The translations under genes and the position numbers were made by a program. The notes under the pieces were generated by a model. It ran no database searches, had not been told where the DNA came from, and was given only the letters and a program-made list of their open reading frames with translations. A stretch of DNA of 64,000 nt from a virus: IMG/VR virus record IMGVR_UViG_3300027909_000021; one strand, written 5' to 3'. Shown here piece by piece: positions 33,620-43,517 of the stretch. Each line of letters begins with the position of its first letter. Within the stretch, counting starts at the first letter, position 1.

Positions 33620-36600
33620 GCGGACCCCGCAGTCGAATCAGTTCCTTCTGTTTCTCGGCGATGTCCGGGAACAACAAGTCCAGGATCTGGGTGCGGCCGG
33701 GGAACAAGTCGCGGAAGTACACATGTACCCGCCCACCCATCCCCTGGGGAGCCGTGCCGATCGGCCCACGTAGATACATGTCTGTCGACTCGGCGAAATC
33801 TTCACCCCACGACGACTTGCCGTAATCCGACACCCCCCACACGACCTCGCGACTTGAAGCACCGCGGGTCTTGCTAGGCGGCATACGTACCCCGTCCCAC
33901 TGCCAGCCGATGGGGAAGGGGACATGTGAGTCGCGTTCCACCCGGGCCTGCCACGTCTGACTCTTAGAACCGATACCTTGCGGCCTGGCGTCCACAGAGT
34001 CCACGTTGTGCCCGAATTCGTGGTTGGCCAGCCGTCGGGTGCCCTCGAATCCTGTGCGGACCCCTGGCTTCCAGAACCGCATGATCCCATCGCCTGACGA
34101 TGCCGCGCCCACGTGGTCGGGGTTGCCGAAGCGTTTCTTCCAGTAGTCGTCGTCGGGGCTGTTGCCCTGCATCCAGGCGTAGGCACGCAGATACTTGTCG
34201 CCGCCGGGCAGACCTCGGTGGATGGATTCCAGGTGATCGGCCACCTCATCGGCCATCACATCGGGGCCGTCTTCGATCAGATAACTGATTCCGTTGCGGC
34301 GGATCAGGCGACCGTGCGCCACGTGGTAGCCGCCGCTGGTGTTATCGGAGTCGAAGGTGAGGTTTTCCACCGGGACACCCAACGGGCCGGTGTCTTCGGT
34401 GAGAATGTCGTCCCAGGTGTTGCTGTAGGTACCAGAGACGGCCCGTGGGTTACGAGTGCGTCCCTGGGAGACTGCCTGCCGGTGCTCACGGTCGGCACGT
34501 TCCACCCGCTCGGGGTAAGCCTTGAGCCTCTTGCGCCGGTCGGCTAGATCCGTCAGACGCTTACGGTCCCTTATGTCGTAACGAATGATGCGCAAGATGT
34601 TCTCGCGCAACTCGTCATCTGACCACTTGGGATCGTGGGTGCCACCGAGCCGCTGAATACCGGCGAACGTGGCGATGAGTTCGCTACGGTTCATGGTCCG
34701 CAGTCGCTGCACAGCTTTGTCTTCGTCGTCGACCTTGCTAAAGAATTCCAGGTTTTCCCGGTTGCGGGCTTCTCGCCGTTCCTTGAGTACTTCGCTGGTG
34801 GTCTTCTTGACGGCGCCTTCGCGGATTGCTTTCGAATTCAGTCGGTTACCCACCGTACGCTCTCGGATACTGATCCGGATGTCACCGACGGTGCCCCGCA
34901 CTGGCACATGGTAGGACCGGGCCAGGTCTTTCAGCTGCTGACCCCGGACGTTGGCCAGGATCGCGTCGGCTTCGTCGCGGGTCTTCGCCTGGTCCAGTTC
35001 ACCCCGGACGTCGTCGAGAGTCTTTGGTGTCTTCTTGGCGACGGTGGTCTTTTTCTCCGGCACCTTGGTTTCGCCCTTGATCCCCAGGTGGTCTTTGCCT
35101 TTCTGAGTCAGGTTGCCGTCGGAGTCCAGGTAGCCTTCGCGTTCGAGAACCTTGCGGGAGGCTGGGTGCGCCTTACCGCCGTCCCGGATGTCTTCCAGTC
35201 CGCGCTGCTGGGAGTCAGTGAGCTTGTGTTCCTTCGGTTCGCCGGTCTTCTTGCGAACCACCACCGTCTTCTTCTCTGGGGCTTTGGTCGTAGTCTTCTT
35301 GGCTTGCGGCTCTTCGGACTCGTGGCCTTTCAGCGACTCGCGGCCCTTGTCGGTGATGTGGTAGCGGCCCCGGCCGCGCCGTTCCAGCAGTCCCCGTTCC
35401 ACCAGGTCGTCGACTTGCTCCTTGGCGCCGGGGGCCATCTTCGACTTGATCAGACCTTCGTCGCCGGAGTCGCGGACGCTACGCAGCGTCAACCGTTCCG
35501 ACACCGACGGAGCCTTGGTTTCCGGGGCCTTCTTCTCTGGGGTCTTCTTCTCCGGCGCCTTGGTCGCAGTCTTCTTGGCGACGACTTTCTTCTCCGGGGC
35601 CTTGGTACCCACTCGGCTTTCGAGATCGTCGATGTCCCGCTGGAGCGCTTCGCGCTCTTCCAGCAGATCCTTGTGCCGCTTGCTGTCCTTGCCGCCACGC
35701 TGCTCGGAATTGGAGATCATGGTGTTGATCTGCTTCAACTCCTGGCGGCGCTGCTTTAGCTCTTCCCGGTCGGCGTCACTGCCCCCGGTCTTCTCCGGAG
35801 CTTTGGTCTCTGGCTTCTTCTTCGCGACGATGGTCTTCTTGCGGCCTTCTTCGTCGTGGGCGATCTCACGGACCCGGCTGTCGCGTTCCTTGGTCCGTTC
35901 GTCTTTGCGACGCTGCGCCTGCTCGGCCTCGCCGGTCTTGCTCAGGCGGTGAATGATCTCAGTCTCGACGTCGTCGCGGGTGTCGTCGTCGAGGCGGGTA
36001 CCGCCCATCTTGTTGTTGATCTTGTTGATCTCGTCGTCGGACAACCCACCCAAATACCGCTTCTGACGCTGCCGGTTCAACCTGCGCAACGCCGCCACGT
36101 GATCATCGGTGTCCTTGACTTTCTTCACCGCGACTGGAGCGACAGAACCCTTATCCGGACTGGCTTTTTTGACCACCCGGGTACGACCGCCTCGCTTGGT
36201 CGCCGACCCCCCGCCACGCTTGGCAATCCCCCGAACCGCTTGCTCCGGACTCCTGTACCCCTTCTCGCCCTTCTTGGGCGGGTACACCCACTTCGACCCG
36301 ACTTTGATCCGACCGTGAGCATCATGCTTCGGAACATCGACCCACTCGCCAGCGTGATCGTTTTTGCGCCGGTCGCGGGGATGCTTGGCCTCGGTGTAGC
36401 GACCTCGGAACTCTTGCAACGCGGCGTCAAACGCGGCCAGATAGGCGTCGTACTCATCGCCTCCGGGATCCTGTGGGGGCGGCCCGGAGGCTTGCTGAGC
36501 TGCGGCCTGCCGATCCCATGGCGCGATCACCGACGGGTCGTTGAACTCGCTGGCCAGCTCCTCATAGATCTCGGTGATAACGGTGCGCAGTTTGCCTTTT

Positions 36601-37667
36601 TGCTCATCCGGGATCGCCGGAAGACCACCGTGGGCATCCTGCAACAGCGCAGCCGCCGCGTACACGGCGTGGTAGATCAGGTATGGCTTGTCGTCGATGA
36701 TGTCGCCCCACGGCAGCCGGTAACCACTGCGTCCGATCAGCGGATCGTTGGGGGAATCGGCGATCCACAGGAACATCTTCGCCATCTTCGCCGGGTCGCC
36801 GTTTGCCCACGCCTCGATCCGCTTCGCGGCGTCGTCGGCGTCGAACAGGGCCTCCCGGGGGGCGATGGGGGCGCCACGCCAGCCGCCCGGGTTGACTGCG
36901 AAAGTAGCACCAGAGGCAACTATCGCAGCATCGGGCCGGGTGACCTTGATCCGCAGGTCGGCGAACGCGGGGACGGACACCAGGGTCGCGGCCCGCTGCC
37001 GGCCGCGCAGCATGTCGGCAACCGTCTCCCCGGACAGGGCGTTCTTCTTCAGGACCGCCGTGTAGCTGTCCAGATCCACGCTTGGACCGGTGACTCCGTG
37101 TTCCAGTTCGTGCACAGCCCGGTTGACCTGGGGGACGATGGTCGGGTCGAGGAAGTACCCGTGGGCCCACACGACCCGCTTGCCGTCGACATCGCGTTCC
37201 TTGGCGTCTTCGATGACACCGACGACCACGGCCCCGTTGTGGCCCATGCCGGAGTGTTCCTGCCACCGGAACGGCTGCGGGAACGTCTGGTACTTCAGGG
37301 TGTCGCGGGGGAACCGGCGCCGATCACCGGTCGCCTGTTCGATCGCGGCGAGGGGACCTTCCCAGGTGATCGGGCTGTAGGTGCCCATCGACGCAATCAG
37401 GTAGTCGATAGCCAACGAGTGAGCACTCTTGTGCGCATTGCGACCGGGCCATTCGCCGGTGGCCAGCTTGTGCAGGTTGGCGCAGAAACCCTTCTGCATG
37501 CGCTTAGGGATCCCGTGACGCCGGGCAAACGCTAGGCACCGGTCGAAGTCGCCGGGGGAACCCCAGCCGATCTGTGCGGCGCCTTTACCGGCAATGTCGC
37601 TTTTGATCAGCTGCGGCGGGATACGCGTGGTCACCGTGTTGTCCACGTACACGTCGACTGTCATCAC
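33606..37667 (-). CDS. 1353-aa multidomain head-associated protein: protease-like N-terminus, Lys-rich KAPEKK repeat/linker, C-terminal HEFGH zincin-like domain
   Basis: A single uninterrupted ORF between the MuF and protease genes. Domains were read from the translation. Confidence 0.8.
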   Translation of the reverse strand: MMTVDVYVDNTVTTRIPPQLIKSDIAGKGAAQIGWGSPGDFDRCLAFARRHGIPKRMQKGFCANLHKLATGEWPGRNAHKSAHSLAIDYLIASMGTYSPITWEGPLAAIEQATGDRRRFPRDTLKYQTFPQPFRWQEHSGMGHNGAVVVGVIEDAKERDVDGKRVVWAHGYFLDPTIVPQVNRAVHELEHGVTGPSVDLDSYTAVLKKNALSGETVADMLRGRQRAATLVSVPAFADLRIKVTRPDAAIVASGATFAVNPGGWRGAPIAPREALFDADDAAKRIEAWANGDPAKMAKMFLWIADSPNDPLIGRSGYRLPWGDIIDDKPYLIYHAVYAAAALLQDAHGGLPAIPDEQKGKLRTVITEIYEELASEFNDPSVIAPWDRQAAAQQASGPPPQDPGGDEYDAYLAAFDAALQEFRGRYTEAKHPRDRRKNDHAGEWVDVPKHDAHGRIKVGSKWVYPPKKGEKGYRSPEQAVRGIAKRGGGSATKRGGRTRVVKKASPDKGSVAPVAVKKVKDTDDHVAALRRLNRQRQKRYLGGLSDDEINKINNKMGGTRLDDDTRDDVETEIIHRLSKTGEAEQAQRRKDERTKERDSRVREIAHDEEGRKKTIVAKKKPETKAPEKTGGSDADREELKQRRQELKQINTMISNSEQRGGKDSKRHKDLLEEREALQRDIDDLESRVGTKAPEKKVVAKKTATKAPEKKTPEKKAPETKAPSVSERLTLRSVRDSGDEGLIKSKMAPGAKEQVDDLVERGLLERRGRGRYHITDKGRESLKGHESEEPQAKKTTTKAPEKKTVVVRKKTGEPKEHKLTDSQQRGLEDIRDGGKAHPASRKVLEREGYLDSDGNLTQKGKDHLGIKGETKVPEKKTTVAKKTPKTLDDVRGELDQAKTRDEADAILANVRGQQLKDLARSYHVPVRGTVGDIRISIRERTVGNRLNSKAIREGAVKKTTSEVLKERREARNRENLEFFSKVDDEDKAVQRLRTMNRSELIATFAGIQRLGGTHDPKWSDDELRENILRIIRYDIRDRKRLTDLADRRKRLKAYPERVERADREHRQAVSQGRTRNPRAVSGTYSNTWDDILTEDTGPLGVPVENLTFDSDNTSGGYHVAHGRLIRRNGISYLIEDGPDVMADEVADHLESIHRGLPGGDKYLRAYAWMQGNSPDDDYWKKRFGNPDHVGAASSGDGIMRFWKPGVRTGFEGTRRLANHEFGHNVDSVDARPQGIGSKSQTWQARVERDSHVPFPIGWQWDGVRMPPSKTRGASSREVVWGVSDYGKSSWGEDFAESTDMYLRGPIGTAPQGMGGRVHVYFRDLFPGRTQILDLLFPDIAEKQKELIRLRGPLTYV

Positions 37668-37993
37668 GGCCCCAAGAACTCGGTGTCGCGGACCTCGGCC
37701 CAGGCGATGCAGTCCTGGCGGAACTCGGCGGCCAGTTGCTTCAACTCGAACTGCATCGCAGGTGCGTTGTGATCATCGAATTCCAGGCACCAGCAGGCGT
37801 TCTGCCAAGGATCGGTGGGTGACGACAGCCAATGGCCATGGATGGTCGGAGTGTCAAAGGATTCCGAACCCCAGCCGTCACCGATTGGGCCGAGGCCGTT
37901 GGTGAACAGCAGGTGGGTCAGCTTGTGGAATCGGGACCATTCGGCCTGGCTGAGCTTGTCGTCGGAGTTACCAATCGACACGTAGACGATCAT
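37664..37993 (-). CDS. hypothetical protein (109 aa)
   Basis: ATG at 37993 follows GGAGG, with an ATGA overlap onto the MuF stop. Confidence 0.6.
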   Translation of the reverse strand: MIVYVSIGNSDDKLSQAEWSRFHKLTHLLFTNGLGPIGDGWGSESFDTPTIHGHWLSSPTDPWQNACWCLEFDDHNAPAMQFELKQLAAEFRQDCIAWAEVRDTEFLGP

Positions 37994-38673
37994 GGTTCCT
38001 CCACTACGGCGGCGGTGCACCGGCAGTTGATCACTTGCTCGGGCGGTCCAGTTTTGTCACCAGGGTACAAAAGTGGACTGTCCCCCACAATGAAGGGCGA
38101 AAGGAGCGCAACGATTTGCCCGTCGGCCTGTCGGTGGTCGACCCTAGTGTGGGAGTCATGAGTAGCGATCCACTTCTTGGCCAGGGACTGACCGAGCTGC
38201 GCCTGCTGCGCAACCGCGCCGCCAAACCAACCCGCGTTCAGGGCACCATTTACCTCTGTGACGGCAATAGTCTGAGCCCGATTACGCCACTGCTCGGACC
38301 CGGAGGCATCCAATATCTGGTCGATGACCTGCGCGATGGCCTTGGTGGACTGGCCCTTGTCGTGCCCCTCAATCAGCTCCCGGCGCACATCCTCGAAGAC
38401 CTCATCCGGTATACGAACGAGCAGGTTGCGCACACGGTCGAGGTGGCTGCGTACCTCACTCGACGTGGAGAACCCTTCCCCGCCAACAGCGTTACGTTCA
38501 AGCCAGGTGACGAGGGTGTCGATCTCACCTCGCCAGAAGTCGTCGGCGAACCGGACCCCGTCGGGGCTTGGCTGCTCGGTTCCGTTGCGGAAGACGAACC
38601 GGTGTACCCGTTTGAGCCAGCGGCCGAAAGCGGCAAGGACTAGCGCGGCGAAGGCGGCCTCCAGCCCGGTCAC
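37990..38673 (-). CDS. MuF / SPP1 gp7-like head morphogenesis protein
   Basis: Contains RAQTIAVTEVNGALNAG, W.ATHDSHTRVDHRQADGQ and the C-terminal INCRC. The start has a GTGA overlap with the portal stop. Confidence 0.8.
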   Translation of the reverse strand: MTGLEAAFAALVLAAFGRWLKRVHRFVFRNGTEQPSPDGVRFADDFWRGEIDTLVTWLERNAVGGEGFSTSSEVRSHLDRVRNLLVRIPDEVFEDVRRELIEGHDKGQSTKAIAQVIDQILDASGSEQWRNRAQTIAVTEVNGALNAGWFGGAVAQQAQLGQSLAKKWIATHDSHTRVDHRQADGQIVALLSPFIVGDSPLLYPGDKTGPPEQVINCRCTAAVVEEP

Positions 38674-40580
38674 AGTAGCTGCTCCAGCTCCAGCCTGCCG
38701 CGCATGATGCGAACCTCGTGGGCCCACTGGTGAGTGATCAAGTCCACGCAGTAGTCCATCAAGGCGGTACGGATGTCGTCGGCGTTGACGGGGACCTCCT
38801 GGTCCCGCAGCGCCCTGGCCAGATGTCCGAACCCGGAGGCCAGCAAGGCGCGGGCGTGCTCGGGATCTTGGACGTGCGAGGACAGGTAGATCTCGTCCCA
38901 GGGGATGGACTTGAACTGGGCGCCGCCGGGCTTAGCCTTCAGGGTCTTGCCGACCCGCTCCAGGGCCTGACGGACCTGAAGGTCAGCCACGGCCAGCAGA
39001 GCCACCTGATGCGGGGACGACAGGGCGGCAGTGACCGCCTGGGGTGTGCGGTTCTGGGTGCCGGGGGTGGCGTTGTTTGGCGCGTTGGGCAGGGTGGAGC
39101 GCCGCGGCTGCTGACCCGGGTTGAGGTCTTTGAGGGTCCGCTGCGGCGGTGGCGGCGACGGTGGGCGCCCGGCGATCCCCTGCGGCCCGCCCGGCTGACC
39201 GGGCATGATCTGGTCGGGGGCCACCGACTTCAGCTTCAGGCCAGCCTTGTCTCGCAACTCCTTGATTTGGATCATGTTGCCGTCGGACAGCAGCAGTTTC
39301 ACCGCCAGGTTGCGCTGGTATTCCTCATCGCTGGGTGCGGCAGTGTCGGGCAGATCGGCCGCCTTGAGGACCTCGTCAGAACTGACGTAACCCTGCTGCG
39401 CCAGTTCCAAGGTCTCCTTCAACCGGTTCGGCCGGGTAACCAGGCTGGCGGTGTCGAACCAGTACTTGTAGCGCTCGGGGCTTTTGCCCATGAGTTTCAG
39501 GGCGGGCTTGAGGTAATTCTCGGTGAGTGCGTTGCACATCCTCGTCATGATGGGCTTGACGACAGTGTCGATAGTGGACTGTTCAATGGCGGGACCATTC
39601 CAATGGTTCGCATCGCCCATGCCGGTGATGATTTCGGGGGCGATGTCCATACCATTGGCGATCGAGGTGCGGCATTCGGCGCGTAGCGCAGCCGCCTGTT
39701 CGGACAGGACGGAACCGAAGATGATCGGTTCTTTGATCTTGTCGGCCAGGTCCCCGGGAACTTCGATCATCGTAGGAATCAGCTGACTAGCGTCACCGAA
39801 CTCTTTCAGGTTGCGCCGCGCCGTATCCAACATCCGCTGCATGAACCCCTCGATGCCCGCCGCATAATCGTCCTGGGCAGGAAAGTCGAGTTCCTTGGGC
39901 AACGGCCACACGCCGCCGGAAGCCAGGCGACTACGGGCCTGGGCCAAGATGTATTGGCTGAGAATTTCCAGCTCGACCAGGGTGGTGATCAGTGACCGGG
40001 CAGGACTGTAGGCGCAGATGGATTCCTGTGCCGCCGGGTTCCAGGTGCGAAACACCAGGTCGCGGCCTTCGCGCAATTCGTATCGACGGTCACCGAAGTT
40101 ATAGGCGAACTGGCGGATCGGCTGGCCGCCAGGGTAGGCGAAGAAGTCCTCCATGCGGATCAGCTCGTTGTACTGCACGACGAACCACTTGTCGGAATCT
40201 TCAACTTCCAGCGCCACCGTCCAGTATTCGCCAGACACCATGGTCGCTGTCCCGGCCAGATTTTGCAGCTCCGGCTGTTTCTCCGGGCCACCCATGACCG
40301 TATAGGCGAGTTTGCCTACCGGATTACCAGGCTTGACCTCTTTGGACACTTGACCCCGGTCGTCGACTTCGGCGACATAGATGCGACACCGCGAGCAGCA
40401 CGAGCCGATGTAGTTGGCAGCCTTGGCAAATTCGGGCACACAGTTGTATAGCCGCCACAGTTCGGCCTGCCACGCGGTGTCTAGTGAGGGGTATTGCGAC
40501 CAGACGGGCATCGACAAGTCGACAGCCGCCGCCGATGCGATCAGGCTGCGACTTTTGTTCTTGCTGTTGCCCCAGGCCAT
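38670..40580 (-). CDS. portal protein
   Basis: 636 aa, lying between terminase and MuF. Confidence 0.8.
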   Translation of the reverse strand: MAWGNSKNKSRSLIASAAAVDLSMPVWSQYPSLDTAWQAELWRLYNCVPEFAKAANYIGSCCSRCRIYVAEVDDRGQVSKEVKPGNPVGKLAYTVMGGPEKQPELQNLAGTATMVSGEYWTVALEVEDSDKWFVVQYNELIRMEDFFAYPGGQPIRQFAYNFGDRRYELREGRDLVFRTWNPAAQESICAYSPARSLITTLVELEILSQYILAQARSRLASGGVWPLPKELDFPAQDDYAAGIEGFMQRMLDTARRNLKEFGDASQLIPTMIEVPGDLADKIKEPIIFGSVLSEQAAALRAECRTSIANGMDIAPEIITGMGDANHWNGPAIEQSTIDTVVKPIMTRMCNALTENYLKPALKLMGKSPERYKYWFDTASLVTRPNRLKETLELAQQGYVSSDEVLKAADLPDTAAPSDEEYQRNLAVKLLLSDGNMIQIKELRDKAGLKLKSVAPDQIMPGQPGGPQGIAGRPPSPPPPQRTLKDLNPGQQPRRSTLPNAPNNATPGTQNRTPQAVTAALSSPHQVALLAVADLQVRQALERVGKTLKAKPGGAQFKSIPWDEIYLSSHVQDPEHARALLASGFGHLARALRDQEVPVNADDIRTALMDYCVDLITHQWAHEVRIMRGRLELEQLL

Positions 40581-40587
40581 ACGGTCC

Positions 40588-40911
40588 TCAGATCTTGCCG
40601 TGGTTGTGGTTCAGCCGTCCTCCGGCGTGCGCCACCGACCAGGCAGCCAGTCCATAAACCCACCAAAAGCTGGTGCCCATGATCGGAAACCAGGCGACCG
40701 CGGTGACTGGCCACGCCGTCCACCAGCCGCAACACCATGGACATTTGATCCACTGCGACAGCAGGCTGGTGTATCCGATCCGTTTACGCAGCCGTTCTCG
40801 CTGGCGGTCCCAGACGTCGTCTTCGGCGATGAGCCGGGCAATCCGGGCATTGGCTCCATGTGCCAGCGCGAGGCTTAGCACAAGTACGGCAATAGTGGCA
40901 AGATCCGGCAC
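40588..40911 (-). CDS. DUF1360-like membrane protein
   Basis: RIARLIAEDDVWDR ... CPWCCGWW sits between hydrophobic helices. Confidence 0.5.
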   Translation of the reverse strand: MPDLATIAVLVLSLALAHGANARIARLIAEDDVWDRQRERLRKRIGYTSLLSQWIKCPWCCGWWTAWPVTAVAWFPIMGTSFWWVYGLAAWSVAHAGGRLNHNHGKI

Positions 40912-41083
40912 AAGCCCATGATATGGGGAAACCGGACATCAAAGCTACAGGGTGTACGGTGGGGCAACTCGGTGATAGCCGCCCGGGTGCAAGCTGCTGG
41001 CCAGACATCGAGGCAAGAACCCGTCGGCACCGCGCTGGATGGCTGGGCGCGGGTCTGTCTAGGTGTGACGGGTCGCCAGCAGC

Positions 41084-42622
41084 TCACCACCGGGTGAAGT
41101 CGTAACCGACACCCAGGCCCTGATCGTGGCGGTTGTCGTGGCTGTAGACGTACGGATCGACGACCTTGGCCCGTTTACGTTCGTTTAGCATGTGCCACCG
41201 GCAGCCGTGGACCATGCCGTCGAGACGGTCCGGGGATTCCCTGTGCGAGTCCCAGCTGATGAACCCAGTCAACTGGTCTTCGAGGCGCTGGAATCGGCCG
41301 ACGAGATGGAACCGGTGCTGCTGGGAACGCATGGCGACAGGTTCGGCTCGGGTCTTCTTGCCGAGTTTCGCGTCGACTGGTTCCAGCGGTGGACTGGTGT
41401 CCATCGGCGCTTCGCCGAGTTTTTGCAGCTCGATCCATGCGTCGCAGAACACTTGGTGCACCCACGATTTGCCAACGTTCGCCTCGTAGATGACCTTGTG
41501 GGCGCCCCACTTCAACATGACGCGCCAGGCGTGCAGGGCGGCTGGGCGCCCGGCGGCCTGAATGGACTCGTCGGCGAGGACCCACAGATGGTCGTCCACC
41601 GTCCGGGCGACCACTACGACACCCATCTCGTCATGGTTGTCGCCGGATCGTCGCCTGTACGCCGAATCGACCACATTGCCCTGATCGTCTACCTGAGCGG
41701 GGTCCACCCCGACAACGATGGAGATGACCCGCAGATCCGGCGGGATCTGCTCAACCCGAGCCGATTCCAGGTCAGCGGCGGAGAACAGGGCACCGTCTTC
41801 GAGTTCCAAGACTTCGCCGTACAGCTCCTGGCGGCCGATCGCGGTGCCTTCGTAACGCTTCTTCAGCTCCCGGGCGGTGTAGGCGGACAGGGACCGGTTT
41901 TCGAAGGTGGCTCCGCGGGCGATGCGGATGGCGTCGGCGATCTCCAGGTTGTCCGACTGGGACTCGGCGAGGAACCGGCGCAGCAGGGGACTATTGGCCT
42001 TGGGGGTAGTGGTGACAAAGATCCGGGGATGGTCCCCCTCGACGTCCACGCGCAACGCCGGAACGATGCCCTCGTCGTAGGAGGCCATGGCGACCGGCCA
42101 CTTGATGAGTTCGTCCAGCCACGCCGAGGCAAGGTTGTGACCTCGACCAACGTCGGCGTCGTCGGCGCCTTCACAGTGCAGCTTGACCCCGTTGGCGAAC
42201 ATGATCATAGGTCGGGGGCTCTGGCGGTACTTGTAGTCGATGTCGCGCAGCAGGCCGCGGCGGGTCAAGGCGTTCAGAACCCCAGAGTCCCCTTCGACGC
42301 AGATGTTCTTGGCGTCGGCGAGAGTCTCCGCGACGATCAGATGCTCGGTGGGGATACCCCCCTTAGACAGTGGATGCAGGATCGCCCGTTCGACGATCCA
42401 CTCGGCGCCCGCCCGGGTCTTGCCCCAGCCGCGGCCGGCCAGGGCCAGGAAGACGAACCAGTTACCGGGCGGCGGCACCTGCGTCGGCCGTGATTCCCAC
42501 CACCAGGCCCCCCGGACGATTTCCTCCAGGACGTCGGCGTCCAGTGAGTGCAGCCAGGTTTCCCGGTCGGCCTTCGGTAGGCAGGCGAACCGTTCCTTGA
42601 GGCTCATCTTGGTGGTGTCCAT
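41084..42622 (-). CDS. terminase large subunit
   Basis: Walker A GRGWGKTRAG and a C-terminal nuclease-like half. It is the first gene of the late block. Confidence 0.85.
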   Translation of the reverse strand: MDTTKMSLKERFACLPKADRETWLHSLDADVLEEIVRGAWWWESRPTQVPPPGNWFVFLALAGRGWGKTRAGAEWIVERAILHPLSKGGIPTEHLIVAETLADAKNICVEGDSGVLNALTRRGLLRDIDYKYRQSPRPMIMFANGVKLHCEGADDADVGRGHNLASAWLDELIKWPVAMASYDEGIVPALRVDVEGDHPRIFVTTTPKANSPLLRRFLAESQSDNLEIADAIRIARGATFENRSLSAYTARELKKRYEGTAIGRQELYGEVLELEDGALFSAADLESARVEQIPPDLRVISIVVGVDPAQVDDQGNVVDSAYRRRSGDNHDEMGVVVVARTVDDHLWVLADESIQAAGRPAALHAWRVMLKWGAHKVIYEANVGKSWVHQVFCDAWIELQKLGEAPMDTSPPLEPVDAKLGKKTRAEPVAMRSQQHRFHLVGRFQRLEDQLTGFISWDSHRESPDRLDGMVHGCRWHMLNERKRAKVVDPYVYSHDNRHDQGLGVGYDFTRW

Positions 42623-42829
42623 ATGTCCGAAATAGTACGGGCCTGGTATTTATGGGCGCAATGATTCGCAGTTGCAGGCACCCAGGCCCCTGTGTACATT
42701 GGGACTCGCGCAAGATGCGGCGAGGTGGCCAGACGATCCAGTGAGCTGGATTCGCGGGGTGGACAGCTGGTGCCGGGTTGTAGAAGCGCGGGGCCTGGTG
42801 GAGTTCTCTCCTGTTCGCCACCGGGCCAA

Positions 42830-42901
42830 CGGATACAAGGCCCGGGGTGGGCCACCTGCTTTGGGAGCAGGACATGCGGGGTTCGACACCCTGGTATCCG
42901 A
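42830..42901 (+). tRNA. tRNA-Pro(TGG)
   Basis: Canonical 72-nt cloverleaf. Acceptor CGGATAC/GTATCCG, anticodon loop TTTGGGA, T arm CGGGG-TTCGACA-CCCTG. Confidence 0.85.
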
Positions 42902-42906
42902 CGCAA

Positions 42907-42978
42907 CGCGGTGAGGTGCAGCGGTCGCACAGAGGGCTCATAATCCTCCGTTAGCCGGTTCGACTCCGGTCACCGCCA
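42907..42978 (+). tRNA. tRNA-Met(CAT), initiator-like (1:72 C-C mismatch, A73)
   Basis: 72-nt cloverleaf. Anticodon loop CTCATAA and anticodon stem GAGGG/TCCTC. Confidence 0.75.
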
Positions 42979-42998
42979 CGTATTGACAATTTCATAGC

Positions 42999-43136
42999 GG
43001 TGGTCGGTGCATGGAGGTTCGGTTACTTCAAGCTCTATTGGCAGAGCGTTTCTCTTGTAAAGAAATGGTTCTGGGTTCAAGTCCCAGGAAGATCCGGGAA
43101 ACCGGAAACCCCGCGCCTTGCTCTTCCTCGGCCACC
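42999..43136 (+). ncRNA. Y-RNA-like unit 1 (closing helices plus embedded Thr-like cloverleaf)
   Basis: Helix A is 42999-43006/43129-43136 and helix B is 43015-43022/43111-43118. The loops carry GTGCAT and CTCTTCCT. Inside are a D arm, an anticodon arm (CTTGTAA), a T arm and a GAAA hairpin. Confidence 0.55.
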
Positions 43137-43260
43137 ACTCATGCCCCTGTTGAGTCTTCCTGGCACCAGTTTCTAGAGCTGGACCTCATGGCAGTCCTCG
43201 GCTGAAACCTTCTAGGAGGTGCGCGTCGAATCGCGTGAGGGGCTCGAATACAACTACATA

Positions 43261-43379
43261 CGTTCCAGGTGCATTTGGTTTCGGGTACTTCGCGAGTTCG
43301 ATTCTCGCACCCTCCACCACTTGGGGGGTGGCCCATGGCGGGCAATCTAAATCCCGCGACCGCCTCTTCCTCTGGAACG
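43261..43379 (+). ncRNA. Y-RNA-like unit 2 (YrlA-like permuted tRNA mimic)
   Basis: Helix A is 43261-43268/43372-43379 and helix B is 43277-43285/43353-43361. The T arm is GCGAG-TTCGATT-CTCGC. The acceptor-like hairpin is 43309-43329. Confidence 0.6.
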
Positions 43380-43433
43380 CAAGCTTTCAATCGTCTTCCG
43401 GGACTGATTGACTTTTGAAAACTGAATACGTGC

Positions 43434-43507
43434 GCCCCAGGTGCATAGACTCCGGTTACTTCACTATCACGCTGAGAAAACACCGTGGTCGATTCTTCCT
43501 CTGGGGC
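43434..43507 (+). ncRNA. Y-RNA-like unit 3 (short, no tRNA-like domain)
   Basis: Helix A is 43434-43440/43501-43507 and helix B is 43448-43456/43482-43490. It has the same GTGCAT and TTCTTCCT loops. Confidence 0.55.
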
Positions 43508-43517
43508 TCAAGGCACC

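Noticed and set aside
35013-36305. Repetitive DNA (CTTCTTCTCCGGGGCCTT-type) as a possible CRISPR or tandem-repeat locus
   Set aside because: The repeats are imperfect, in frame, and encode the KAPEKK motif of the 1353-aa protein. There is no repeat-spacer periodicity and there are no cas genes.
42623-42829. An additional class II tRNA (GCGAGGTGGCC...) in the terminase / tRNA divergent region
   Set aside because: There is no T loop and no acceptor complementarity, only isolated hairpins.
42983-43011. Consensus-looking -35 box TTGACA upstream of the first Y-like unit
   Set aside because: No TANNNT-type -10 element lies at an appropriate spacing. The cluster may instead be co-transcribed with tRNA-Pro and tRNA-Met.
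43137-43260. A fifth Y-like unit or a tRNA in the gap between units 1 and 2
   Set aside because: It contains TCTTCCT-like and TCGAAT-loop fragments, but no matching closing helix, helix B or cloverleaf could be built. It is possibly a decayed copy.
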